A DNA stretch of 32,000 bases, taken from the NCBI RefSeq assembly GCF_018398935.1, contig NZ_CP074694.1, positions 5,250,001-5,282,000 of the forward strand, in the 5' to 3' direction. The position numbers were made by a program, and so were the translations under genes. Position 1 is the first letter of the stretch; the number at the start of each line of letters is the position of its first letter. A model generated the notes under the pieces. The model worked only from the letters and a program-made list of their open reading frames with translations, was not told the DNA's origin and ran no database searches. This DNA is from Telmatocola sphagniphila. Its GTDB lineage: Bacteria; Planctomycetota; Planctomycetia; Gemmatales; Gemmataceae. This document shows, in pieces, positions 8,590 through 17,249 of the stretch.

Positions 8590-8838
8590 CTAATTGGCCC
8601 CCAGATCTTCCACAAATCTCGATGATGGGTACACCCGCTCATAATCCACGGCCAATGACTCCGAGATCATTCGACGCACCTTCAAAGCGATCTCCGGGTT
8701 CGTTCCCGGCCGACAGTTAGCCATAAATTCTTCATCCGAAATCGGTGGAAATTTTTCGCGAAACTTGGCCCGGGAACGGTGTTCACAGATCGTTATAAGT
8801 GCAATAAATGCAGTCAGAAAAATAAGAAATCCTGGCAT
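8590..8838 (-). CDS. Small membrane-anchored hypothetical protein (82 aa) with an ACP helix-I-like C-terminal half
   Basis: N-terminal TM segment (GFLIFLTAFIALITI). The codon usage looks coding. The C-terminus 'IALKVRRMISESLAVDYERVYPSSRFVEDLGAN*' parallels E. coli ACP '[34 protein letters not shown]' and stops before the Ser. Confidence 0.5.
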   Translation of the reverse strand: MPGFLIFLTAFIALITICEHRSRAKFREKFPPISDEEFMANCRPGTNPEIALKVRRMISESLAVDYERVYPSSRFVEDLGAN

Positions 8839-9326
8839 GGCAAAATCTCTATGCTAAGGGTTTCAGTCGGGCGCTAAAAACATTTTGCTCCAAGTTCATT
8901 TCTGGTAGCCATGTTATTTTATTTTAAATGCCATTGCTTAAAAAAGAAGGCATCTTCTCGTTCATATCTCGTTCTTTTTTTAAAAAATCATCGCAAATTT
9001 TCTGCTTAATCTGGGCTTCAGGTAAGTGATCTACCATTGGTGCAATGAGAGTTTTTTAAGAACTCCAATGCCATATCTGAGATCGGTTTTTCTTCATTCG
9101 ATTGACTCTCGAGTTCCGGTCACTCTCCGGCGCTCGTTGCAGATCAGAAAGGAGGCTGCGCGGAGGCTCCGTAGCTGAGGTACTCGCGTTCTCAGCCGTT
9201 AGAAACGTTTTTAATACGAATTCCAGACTCGCAGGCTGGCGTTTTTTAACTTTGAGATCTCGCGACAGAAATTATGTCCGGATCGGACCAAGTGTCATTT
9301 CCCATATCCAGGCGAGGTAGGAATCC

Positions 9327-11696
9327 ATGAATCTTTCACATGTCATTCTCGGTAGATCGAATCGTAAAAAAGCTGCTCGTCCTATTCGAAAATCCAAAAC
9401 GATCCTGAAGTTCGAGACTCTCGAAGATCGGCTGCAACCCTCAGTCAGCGTGTTTCGGCCCATCACCGAGGTCGGCAACAATGTCGCCAACCCGACTTGG
9501 GGTGTTGCGGGAACCGATTTAATTCGGCTCACGGCCGCCGCCTATTCCAACGGGATCAATTCGCCTTCCTTACCCCAGGACCAAAGCGCCCGGGCCATCA
9601 GCGACATCCTTAATAGCCAGGCCGATCCGAACAATACGGCGTTAGACAGCCAGACGGTCAATCAGCAATCCTTGTCGGATTTTGTCTATAGCTTTGGTCA
9701 ATTCATGGATCACGACATGGATCTGACTCTCGATAATGGGGCTTCCGATCCGATTGCCGTACCCGTGGGAGATCCGATCGGCGGTTCGACCGATGCTTCC
9801 CTGGCGTTCAATCTGTCGAATGTCGATCCTGCCACCGGAACGAGTACCAAAAATCCCGCGCAGGATATCACTTCCATCACGGCTTATCTGGATCTGTCGC
9901 AAATTTACGGCTCCGATCTGGCAACCGATAATGCTTTGCGAACTTTCTCGGGCGGGCAGATGAAAACCAGCACCGGCGGTCTGCCACCGCTGGATAATCT
10001 GACGTACTTCACGGCCACCCAGTTGGCCCAGATCAATGCGTCTGTTGGCGGAATGGCGAACGATGGTCCCCTTCCCGAGTCGGATCTCTATGTCACGGGG
10101 GATACCCGGGGCAACGAAAACGTGGAGTTGACCGTTCTCCAGACTTTGTTCCTGGACAATCACAATAAGATCGCCAGTGAATTGCAGAAAATGAATCCGA
10201 CCTGGAGCGATGAGCAGATTTTCCAGGAAGCCAGAAAATTAAACATCGCGGAATATCAGGCGATCGTTTACAACGAATGGATACCCGATGTCCTCGGAGC
10301 GAATGCCCTACCCGCTTATAAGGGCTATAATCCGAGCGTTAACCCCAGCATTTCCAACGAATTTTCTACGGTTGCCTTTCGCTTCGGTCATAGCTTGCTG
10401 AGTGGCAATGTGGAACGACAAGGCAACGACGGTCAGGCCGTGGCGGACAGTGTTCCTTTGTCCGAGGATTTTTTTGATTCAAGCATTCTCAATGGGGAAG
10501 GCCAGGCCTCCACGACCGATCCTGTGACGGGATTGGCAACAACCGATATTGGTGCAGTATTGAAAGGCGATGCGGATGGGGATGCCCAGGCTGAAGACCC
10601 GCAGGTTATCAATGAAGTCCGCGATCTGCTTTTCAATGAAGTGATTCCGGGTGTAGGCGGTGGTCAGGATCTCATCGCACTGGATATTCAAAGAGGTCGA
10701 GTTAATGGCATCGGTTCTTATAACCAGGTGCGCGAAGGATTAGGGCTTCCGGCCGTTACAAGTTTTGCTCAAATAACCAGCAACGTTACAGTTCAGCAGG
10801 AATTGCAGCAAGCTTACGGCAATGTGAATAATATCGATGCCTTCGAAGGCGGCCTGGCGGAAGATCCGGTTCCTGGCTCGGATGTCGGCCCCTTGTTCCA
10901 GAAGATCATGGTCAATCAGTTTGAGCGCTTGCGAGATGGGGACCGCTTCTTTTATCTGAACGAAACTTTTACCCCTCAGGAATTTCAGATTTTCGAGCAG
11001 GGCAACACCCTATCCAAGGTGATTGAAAATAACACGGACATTACCAATCTTCAAAGCGACGTGTTTATCTTCCAGGCTTCAATCAGCGGCACAGTACACG
11101 GTTCCAGCCCCAATCACGCGGGCGTTCCCGGTATCACCGTTCAACTCGAAGATACCAGCGGCGATATCCTGGCAACGACTAAAACCGGACCCGGTGGACA
11201 CTACAGCTTTAATCAGCTGAGTGGTCCCGCAGCCGATCCCTCGAATGCTTCGGGCGTTTCCGGTACGGGTTATTATCAAATCGTGCTTTCGCTGCCGACC
11301 GGTGTCAAGCAGGTGACCCAGAGTCCAGCGGCCGTCTTGATTTCAGTGAGTGGAACGAACATAACCAGTGTGGATTTTGGCATCAATATCCCAGCCCCAC
11401 CCCCGCCTCCGCCCGCCGGACACGGTGGTCCGATGGGGCAATCGGGTCCTGGCATGCTGCCGAATATTCTTCAATCCCCGCCAGCATCGACTTCCGTAAC
11501 TAACGCTTCCTCCTCGAGTATAACTAGCGCAGCGCCCGTTGTGAAATCGAATCTATCGACCCCCCTGGATTTCAATTCACTCATGCAGGGAACTCGAGTT
11601 TCGAATTCGATTCTTGAACAAAAATCGGAAATGCGGGTTTATAAATCTACCCAGGTTTCGAATTTGGCTTCCGGGTTGTTCGTCACCGGGTTGTGA
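9327..11696 (+). CDS. Animal-haem-type peroxidase (peroxidase-cyclooxygenase superfamily) with a C-terminal CarboxypepD_reg/SdrD-B-like domain and a Pro/Ser-rich tail
   Basis: Distal site 'FGQFMDHDMDLT'. 'GDTRGNENVELTVLQTLFLDNHNKIA'. Proximal His 'FRFGHSLL'. 'DLIALDIQRGRVNGIGSYNQVR' and 'LRDGDRFFYLNE'. Then 'ISGTVHG...GITVQLEDTSGDILATTKTGPGGHYSF', followed by PAPPPPPPAG. Confidence 0.9.
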   Translation: MNLSHVILGRSNRKKAARPIRKSKTILKFETLEDRLQPSVSVFRPITEVGNNVANPTWGVAGTDLIRLTAAAYSNGINSPSLPQDQSARAISDILNSQADPNNTALDSQTVNQQSLSDFVYSFGQFMDHDMDLTLDNGASDPIAVPVGDPIGGSTDASLAFNLSNVDPATGTSTKNPAQDITSITAYLDLSQIYGSDLATDNALRTFSGGQMKTSTGGLPPLDNLTYFTATQLAQINASVGGMANDGPLPESDLYVTGDTRGNENVELTVLQTLFLDNHNKIASELQKMNPTWSDEQIFQEARKLNIAEYQAIVYNEWIPDVLGANALPAYKGYNPSVNPSISNEFSTVAFRFGHSLLSGNVERQGNDGQAVADSVPLSEDFFDSSILNGEGQASTTDPVTGLATTDIGAVLKGDADGDAQAEDPQVINEVRDLLFNEVIPGVGGGQDLIALDIQRGRVNGIGSYNQVREGLGLPAVTSFAQITSNVTVQQELQQAYGNVNNIDAFEGGLAEDPVPGSDVGPLFQKIMVNQFERLRDGDRFFYLNETFTPQEFQIFEQGNTLSKVIENNTDITNLQSDVFIFQASISGTVHGSSPNHAGVPGITVQLEDTSGDILATTKTGPGGHYSFNQLSGPAADPSNASGVSGTGYYQIVLSLPTGVKQVTQSPAAVLISVSGTNITSVDFGINIPAPPPPPPAGHGGPMGQSGPGMLPNILQSPPASTSVTNASSSSITSAAPVVKSNLSTPLDFNSLMQGTRVSNSILEQKSEMRVYKSTQVSNLASGLFVTGL

Positions 11697-11699
11697 TTC

Positions 11700-12183
11700 G
11701 GCCCCGGGTCATGATCATAACCCCGGGTGTTTTAAATTCCCCGGGTATGACCCGGGTGTTTTAGCATCCCCGGGTCATACCCGGGTCTAAGATCTGGAAC
11801 CCCTCCGGGGTTCCATTTTTATGATGCCGCGGAGGGGCATCAGAGATCAGCACCGGGTGAGCGTAGCGACACCCGGTGAAATAGGGTGAATGGAAAATGG
11901 GTAACGAAACCCGGGTGTTTTAGCATCCCCGGGTCATACCCGGGTCTAAGATCTGGAACCCCTCCGGGGTACGATTTTTATGATGCCCCGGAGGGGTTTC
12001 AGAGATCAGCACCGGGTGAGCGTAGCGACACCCGGTGAAATAGGGTGAATGGAAAATGGGTAACGAACCCCGGGTGTTTTAGCATCCCCGGGTCTTCGAT
12101 CTGGAACCCCTCCGGGGTTCCATTTTTATGATGCCGCGGAGGGGCATCAGAGATCAGCACCGGGTGAGCGTAGCGACACCCGG
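11700..12183. repeat. Tandem array of a ~159-bp palindrome-rich unit (2 full copies + 1 truncated copy), preceded by short CCCCGGGT sub-repeats
   Basis: Copy 1 is 11751-11909. Copy 2 is 11910-12067. Copy 3 is 12068-12183, with an 11-nt internal deletion and a truncated 3' end. The degenerate lead-in is 11702-11750. The copies are near-identical by eye. Confidence 0.9.
11796..11821 (+). terminator. Intrinsic-terminator-like hairpin inside repeat copy 1 (also present in copy 3 at 12103-12128)
   Basis: GGAACCCC-tcc-GGGGTTCC followed by ATTTTTA, about 100 nt downstream of the peroxidase stop. Confidence 0.5.
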
Positions 12184-12218
12184 TATATATTCATAAATAC
12201 GTCAATCACCGATTTATT

Positions 12219-12617
12219 TCACACCAAGAACCGGCCATCCGTAGCGGGCTCGTACGGCCGGTCCCATTGCAATACTTCGATTCGATTCCCGTCCGGGTCG
12301 CGAATAAAAAATCGGTCGGCGCCGGGGATCTTCACCGTTTCATCCACGGGAATGCCTTGTTCCCGACAGTGCTGACGGGCGGCCATTATATCCTTCACGT
12401 GCAGGCAGAAGTGTCGCGAACTGATCGAATCCGGCTGAGGCTTCAAGAGTAGATGAAGGTATGTGCCGCCTAGATCGTACCAGACCACCACGAAATCGAA
12501 GGTTCGCGGCGGCGCGATCTCGCGCAGTCCCAATTTTTCGCCGTAGAACTCTCGCGACCGGCCCACATCGGTGATCAACACCGAACAGTGATCGATGTGT
12601 GTAACGGGAAAAGCCAT
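12219..12617 (-). CDS. VOC family protein (glyoxalase/bleomycin-resistance/dioxygenase fold)
   Basis: 'ITHIDHCSVLITDVGRSREFYGEKLGL...HFCLHV...ADRFFIRDPDGNRIEV' is the typical VOC beta-alpha-beta-beta-beta pattern with its metal ligands. Confidence 0.9.
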   Translation of the reverse strand: MAFPVTHIDHCSVLITDVGRSREFYGEKLGLREIAPPRTFDFVVVWYDLGGTYLHLLLKPQPDSISSRHFCLHVKDIMAARQHCREQGIPVDETVKIPGADRFFIRDPDGNRIEVLQWDRPYEPATDGRFLV

Positions 12618-12697
12618 GGGGGAATTATAGCCGGTCCACGGCGGTCTGCAAAATGCCTATCATAGTCTCTTGCGGAAAACCCCCGTGAAAAGACTAC

Positions 12698-15235
12698 TTG
12701 GAAGGCTCGTTGATGTCGCTGACCCCGATGATGCAGCAGTACCAAGATGCCAAGACCCGGCATCCGGGAATGATTGTCCTGTTTCGCAATGGCGATTTTT
12801 ACGAACTTTTCGAAGACGATGCCGAGCTGGGCTCCAAGCTACTGGGCTTGACGCTCACCAAGCGCGACAAGCATATTCCCATGGCCGGTTTTCCGCATCC
12901 GCAACTCGAGCGGTATGTCGGCAAGTTCATTCAAGCCGGGCATCGCGTCGCGGTGTGCGAACAGGTCGAACAGCCGGACGCCAAGACTAAGCTGATTCGC
13001 CGGGAAGTGACCCGGGTGATTACCCCGGGCACGGTCACCGAGGAAGAACTGCTCGATCCACGTCAGCCCAATTATCTGTTGGCCATTCATTACAGCAAAT
13101 CGGACATTGGCTTGGCCTGGGTCGATCTGTCGACTGGCTCGTTCTGGGCTTGCGACTCCACACCGGAAGGTTTTGCGGACGATATCACTCGAATTAATTC
13201 GGCCGAGTGCCTGATCTCCGACAGCACCGCGGAAAAACTTCCTGAGGAGCTGCAGCGAATTCTGCCGCGCACTCGCAGCCGACGACCCGATTGGACCTTT
13301 GATTCCTCGACGGCCGTGGATGCTCTGAAAAAGCATTTTGCGGTGAAAAGTTTCGCCGGTTTCGGCTTCTCGAACGATCAAGCGGGTCTGGTGGCGGCCG
13401 GGGCGATCATCTTCTATCTGCAGGAGATGCTGAAGGCCAGCCTGGGTCATGTCCGCAAGATTGAGCCCTTCTTCAGCAAGGGCTATCTGATGCTGGACGA
13501 GGTGACGCGCCGAAGTCTGGAACTGACTCGCACTATGCGTGACGGCCAGCGTGACGGCTCTTTGTTGAGCATCATCGATCGCACAGTCACACCCATGGGA
13601 GCCCGCTTTCTGCACGATGCGATCCTCGCCCCGCTAAATAATATCGAACATATCAACGCCCGACTCGATGGCGTGCAGGAACTACTGTCTGAGTTTGCCT
13701 TGCGAGGCGAGTTGCGTTTGCTGCTCGATGCGACCTCCGACCTGCAGCGATTGACCGCACGCATCAGTACTCGCAGGGCCAATCCCAAGGATTTGGCCGC
13801 CGTGCAACGGACCTTGCGGCAACTCCCCAAGTTGAAAGCTCGGCTGGCCGGTCGCAAATCGGCCTTGCTGAGTGAATTGGAAGGCCGGCTGGAACTTTGC
13901 CACGAATTACGCGAGGCCATTGACTCGACGCTGACCGATGATCCCCCTTTCAACCCCTCCGACGGCGGGGTTATTCGCACCGGCTGTAACACGCAGCTCG
14001 ACGAATTGCGAAGTCTGGCCAGTGAAGGCAAAAATTGGATCGCCCGCTACCAGGCGCAAGAAATCACGCGTTCCGGCATCAACAGTCTGAAGGTCGGCTA
14101 CAACTCGGTGTTCGGCTATTACATCGAGATCACGAATATTCATACCGCCAAGGTGCCGGCCGATTACATTCGCAAGCAGACGCTGAAAAATGCGGAGCGC
14201 TATATCACGCCGGAGTTGAAGGAATACGAAGAAAAAGTTCTGACGGCCGAGGAACGCGCCCTGGCTCTGGAACAGGAATTGTTTGCGGCTTTACGGGAGC
14301 AGGCTGCGACGGAAATTCCGCGTTTGTTGAACACCGCCGAAGTTTTGGCTCGTCTCGATTTTCTGGCCGGGCTAGCGGAACTGGCCAGCGAGCGCGGCTA
14401 TATCCGGCCGATTCTCACCGAAGAGCCGATTCTGGAAATCATCGATGGGCGCCATCCCGTGCTCGATCAAACTCTGCCGCCGGGAACGTTCGTGCCTAAC
14501 GATGCCGCTTTGCACCCGGCCGAGAGCCGCTTCTGGCTGATTACCGGGCCGAATATGTCGGGTAAGAGCACGTTCATTCGCCAGGTCGCGCTGTTGACAT
14601 TACTGGCTCATGTGGGCAGTTATGTCCCGGCCAAGTACGCGCTGGTAGGACGGACGGATCGGATATTTACTCGAGTTGGCGCCGCCGATGAGCTGAACCG
14701 CGGCCTGAGTACCTTCATGGTTGAGATGACCGAAGCGGCCAACATTCTGAATAACGCCACGCCGAACAGTCTGGTGATTCTCGATGAAATCGGTCGGGGT
14801 ACGAGTACCTATGATGGCGTTTCGCTGGCCTGGGCCATTACCGAACATCTGCACGATTACGTCGGTTGTCGGACGCTGTTCGCAACCCATTATCACGAAT
14901 TGGCTCAGTTATCCGAAACGCTGACAGCCCTGAAGAATTATCACGTGCAGGTGACCGAAGATCATCGGGAGATTGTGTTTCTGCACAAGATATCGCCCGG
15001 CTTCGCGGAGCGGAGCTATGGCATTCACGTGGCCAAGCTGGCCGGGGTGCCGGAGTCGGTTTTGAAGCGGGCCGAAGGCATTCTGACCGAACTCGAGTCG
15101 CGTCATGCATTACCGGAAGCGCAGCGGCCGAAGCTGACGGTGCCGCCGGAGAAGATGAAAAAGCTGAAGCGGGAGCGGGTGATCACCGGCCCGACTCTGT
15201 TTACGTGGGACGAGGGACCCGAGGAAACAAAATAG
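12698..15235 (+). CDS. mutS: DNA mismatch repair protein MutS
   Basis: 'TPMMQQYQDAKTRHPGMIVLFRNGDFYELFEDDA' is the mismatch-binding domain. Walker A is 'GPNMSGKSTFIRQ'. 'LDEIGRGTSTYDG' and 'FATHYHEL' are also present. The start may be the ATG at 12713 (MSLTPMM...). Confidence 0.97.
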   Translation: MEGSLMSLTPMMQQYQDAKTRHPGMIVLFRNGDFYELFEDDAELGSKLLGLTLTKRDKHIPMAGFPHPQLERYVGKFIQAGHRVAVCEQVEQPDAKTKLIRREVTRVITPGTVTEEELLDPRQPNYLLAIHYSKSDIGLAWVDLSTGSFWACDSTPEGFADDITRINSAECLISDSTAEKLPEELQRILPRTRSRRPDWTFDSSTAVDALKKHFAVKSFAGFGFSNDQAGLVAAGAIIFYLQEMLKASLGHVRKIEPFFSKGYLMLDEVTRRSLELTRTMRDGQRDGSLLSIIDRTVTPMGARFLHDAILAPLNNIEHINARLDGVQELLSEFALRGELRLLLDATSDLQRLTARISTRRANPKDLAAVQRTLRQLPKLKARLAGRKSALLSELEGRLELCHELREAIDSTLTDDPPFNPSDGGVIRTGCNTQLDELRSLASEGKNWIARYQAQEITRSGINSLKVGYNSVFGYYIEITNIHTAKVPADYIRKQTLKNAERYITPELKEYEEKVLTAEERALALEQELFAALREQAATEIPRLLNTAEVLARLDFLAGLAELASERGYIRPILTEEPILEIIDGRHPVLDQTLPPGTFVPNDAALHPAESRFWLITGPNMSGKSTFIRQVALLTLLAHVGSYVPAKYALVGRTDRIFTRVGAADELNRGLSTFMVEMTEAANILNNATPNSLVILDEIGRGTSTYDGVSLAWAITEHLHDYVGCRTLFATHYHELAQLSETLTALKNYHVQVTEDHREIVFLHKISPGFAERSYGIHVAKLAGVPESVLKRAEGILTELESRHALPEAQRPKLTVPPEKMKKLKRERVITGPTLFTWDEGPEETK
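15178..15217. repeat. Left copy of a perfect 40-bp direct repeat (inside the mutS 3' end)
   Basis: GGTGATCACCGGCCCGACTCTGTTTACGTGGGACGAGGGA is identical to 17170-17209. Confidence 0.95.
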
Positions 15236-15311
15236 TACTGTGGTACGTTCTAAAACGAATTGGAATTGTCAACAGTTAATCAGCTCAAAAATTTTCTAAA
15301 TAGGTAAAACT

Positions 15312-17114
15312 ATGAGTAGATCTGCCCGGGTAGGACAAGCTCTATTTTTCATCATTTTTGCGATCATATTAACGCATCAAACTTCAATTATAATTTCGCG
15401 AATTCGGCATGGAGGCTCTTTCGCGTTCTGGGCGCGTGATATCTGCTTTGCTGGGGGATTTTTGTCTTATTTTGTCTTTTTATACAAGGGTGATTTGAGC
15501 TTTAAGCCGTATATGTTTTGGGTGTCCTTGATCTACGGAGCTATATGTCTGAAAGAGGCATTTGATATCTTCAAGACCGTGCAACCTGTTGAAGATATTC
15601 CGCTTCAACAGCGAGCCAAACTGGTGGCGTTTGTTAGCATTCTTTTGGGATTGTTCTACATATCCGCAGCGTTGTTATTTAAGTACTTAAAATCGATAAT
15701 TGCATTTTTGAATCATCAAGAGCGAGTGTCGACCACCGGAACAGGAGGCTTTGTCGATTGGATACTGAATCCGGGATGGCGAAGGTCCCTAGAAGAGAAT
15801 ACCGCACCTAAAGAATTGAATGAAACGCAGTGTCGGCAGCTCGTTCAGCGGCTTGTATCGGAAAATTACGATGATGGAGTCCGCTATGCCTTGCGGCACG
15901 CAGGTCCGGCGAAAATTCTACCATTAGTCGAGGCACTTCAAAACGATCAATGTCTAAGGCCTTATGACAATGCTAAATCGGCCCACTTTGGGACGACTCC
16001 CTATGAGCAAATACTCAATCAGCTGAATGAATCTTACCCAGAAGAGTCGTTACCGATCGTGTTACGCCATGCCGAGTCTGAAGACATCAATATCAGAAAA
16101 GCCTCTATCAGCTATCTAGCGGGAATAAGCTCTCCGGAGTGCTTGCCTGCTCTGAAAAAAGCCTTGGAGCGGGCCGATAAAGAAATTCTCTCCGGTTTGC
16201 TATGGGGCTTGATACATCATCTGTCTTCAAAAAGTCCTCAACAGATTCAGCAGCTATCACAAGAATTGTACGATCCGATTCTTCAGTTATTGAAGCAGAA
16301 TGAGGAACGAGATTTAGAAGAGCCTTTAGCCAAATCTCTGCTATCTCTTGATCGTTCTAAAGCCCAAAAAGATATGACAGACCCCAATATTTTGAAGCTG
16401 GATCGTCCACAACTCTTTCGAATTCTGGAAGCTTTGAACAAATTCGAGATCGCGATCCCAGAAACTGAGTGTTTGAAGATATTGCAAGCCGTTTTCTCAG
16501 AGAGAGAAGACTATCCCAATAGCTATATTTACTCCCAAATTGTCATCGCATTAGCTCGAATCAAATCGCCAAAAGCTCAAGCTTTGATCGAGGAATCATT
16601 TGCTAATATCACGGATAAAATGATTCGCGAATCCCTCTGTGAAGCGAAATTGTTACTAAACGACATCTCCGATCCTTACAAAGTCGTTTTCCGGAAAGAA
16701 GAAAAAATCGGTTTTAAGGGACTTTCAGCACCTCAAAGAGCAATCTATACCACCTATTTTTTGAAAGCGGAAGTCGATAATGGGGGGTTCAGCCAATACT
16801 TGGTCAATTCTTCTGGAGATCATTTTCGAGAGGCCTTGGATGGTTGTCGAGCAATAGGCGATCTTAAAGCGGTTGCCCTGCTTACCGAAATCAGCAAGTA
16901 TTTCGGTTCCGATGGTCCCTCCGATAATCATGATCGTCGACACGATCAGTTATCCAAAATTTATACCTCCCATGAAGATGATTTTTCTCGTCTGGACTCG
17001 GAATATTACGCATCGGATGCGGAGCGTACCGTACTGTGGATGGAGTATATCCTTCAGAACAAGTCCGATTTCATTAAAGAAAAAACTTCTCAAGGCGAAC
17101 AGAAAGACTCCTAA
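15312..17114 (+). CDS. Membrane protein: ~4 N-terminal TM helices + HEAT-like repeats + C-terminal DUF4375 (DMP19-like) domain
   Basis: Hydrophobic segments lie in residues ~9-125. 'HAESEDINIRKASISYLAGISSPECLPALKKALERAD' is HEAT/PBS-lyase-like. 'LSAPQRAIYTTYFLKAEVDNGGFSQYLVNSSGDHFREALDGCRAIG' is the DUF4375 core signature. GC is about 40%, against about 58% in mutS. Confidence 0.8.
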   Translation: MSRSARVGQALFFIIFAIILTHQTSIIISRIRHGGSFAFWARDICFAGGFLSYFVFLYKGDLSFKPYMFWVSLIYGAICLKEAFDIFKTVQPVEDIPLQQRAKLVAFVSILLGLFYISAALLFKYLKSIIAFLNHQERVSTTGTGGFVDWILNPGWRRSLEENTAPKELNETQCRQLVQRLVSENYDDGVRYALRHAGPAKILPLVEALQNDQCLRPYDNAKSAHFGTTPYEQILNQLNESYPEESLPIVLRHAESEDINIRKASISYLAGISSPECLPALKKALERADKEILSGLLWGLIHHLSSKSPQQIQQLSQELYDPILQLLKQNEERDLEEPLAKSLLSLDRSKAQKDMTDPNILKLDRPQLFRILEALNKFEIAIPETECLKILQAVFSEREDYPNSYIYSQIVIALARIKSPKAQALIEESFANITDKMIRESLCEAKLLLNDISDPYKVVFRKEEKIGFKGLSAPQRAIYTTYFLKAEVDNGGFSQYLVNSSGDHFREALDGCRAIGDLKAVALLTEISKYFGSDGPSDNHDRRHDQLSKIYTSHEDDFSRLDSEYYASDAERTVLWMEYILQNKSDFIKEKTSQGEQKDS

Positions 17115-17169
17115 TTCAAGTGAAATCGTGTTACACATTGCCGGAAGCAAAATGGCTCAAACTTAAGCC

Positions 17170-17209
17170 GGTGATCACCGGCCCGACTCTGTTTACGTGG
17201 GACGAGGGA
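17170..17209. repeat. Right copy of the perfect 40-bp direct repeat
   Basis: Identical to 15178-15217. Confidence 0.95.
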
Positions 17210-17227
17210 GAGTCGGAGAAGGGGTGA
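17171..17227 (+). pseudogene. Orphaned ancestral 3' end of mutS (VITGPTLFTWDEGESEKG*)
   Basis: It reads in the mutS frame across the repeat and ends at a TGA (17225-17227). A strong terminator follows 22 nt later. The live mutS reads VITGPTLFTWDEGPEETK*. Confidence 0.7.
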
Positions 17228-17249
17228 GCTGATGGATAATCGCTTTTCG

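Noticed and set aside
8694-8709. tRNA T-arm-like CCGGGTTCGTTCCCGG
   Set aside because: It lies inside the coding frame of 8590..8838. The loop is 6 nt, and there is no acceptor, D or anticodon arm around it.
9052-9068. 17-mer TTTTTTAAGAACTCCAA shared with 18442..18458
   Set aside because: It is an AT-rich short match with no extended flanking similarity. The chance expectation in 2 x 32 kb is not negligible (order 0.1).
11700-12183. Considered whether the tandem repeats are a CRISPR array
   Set aside because: The period is about 159 bp with no unique spacers between repeats. The whole unit is repeated, and there are no cas genes in the window.
12839-13615. 258-aa ORF (plus 13483..14031 and others) antisense to mutS
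   Set aside because: These lie entirely inside a strongly supported mutS frame. They have no motifs and their composition is typical of shadow ORFs.
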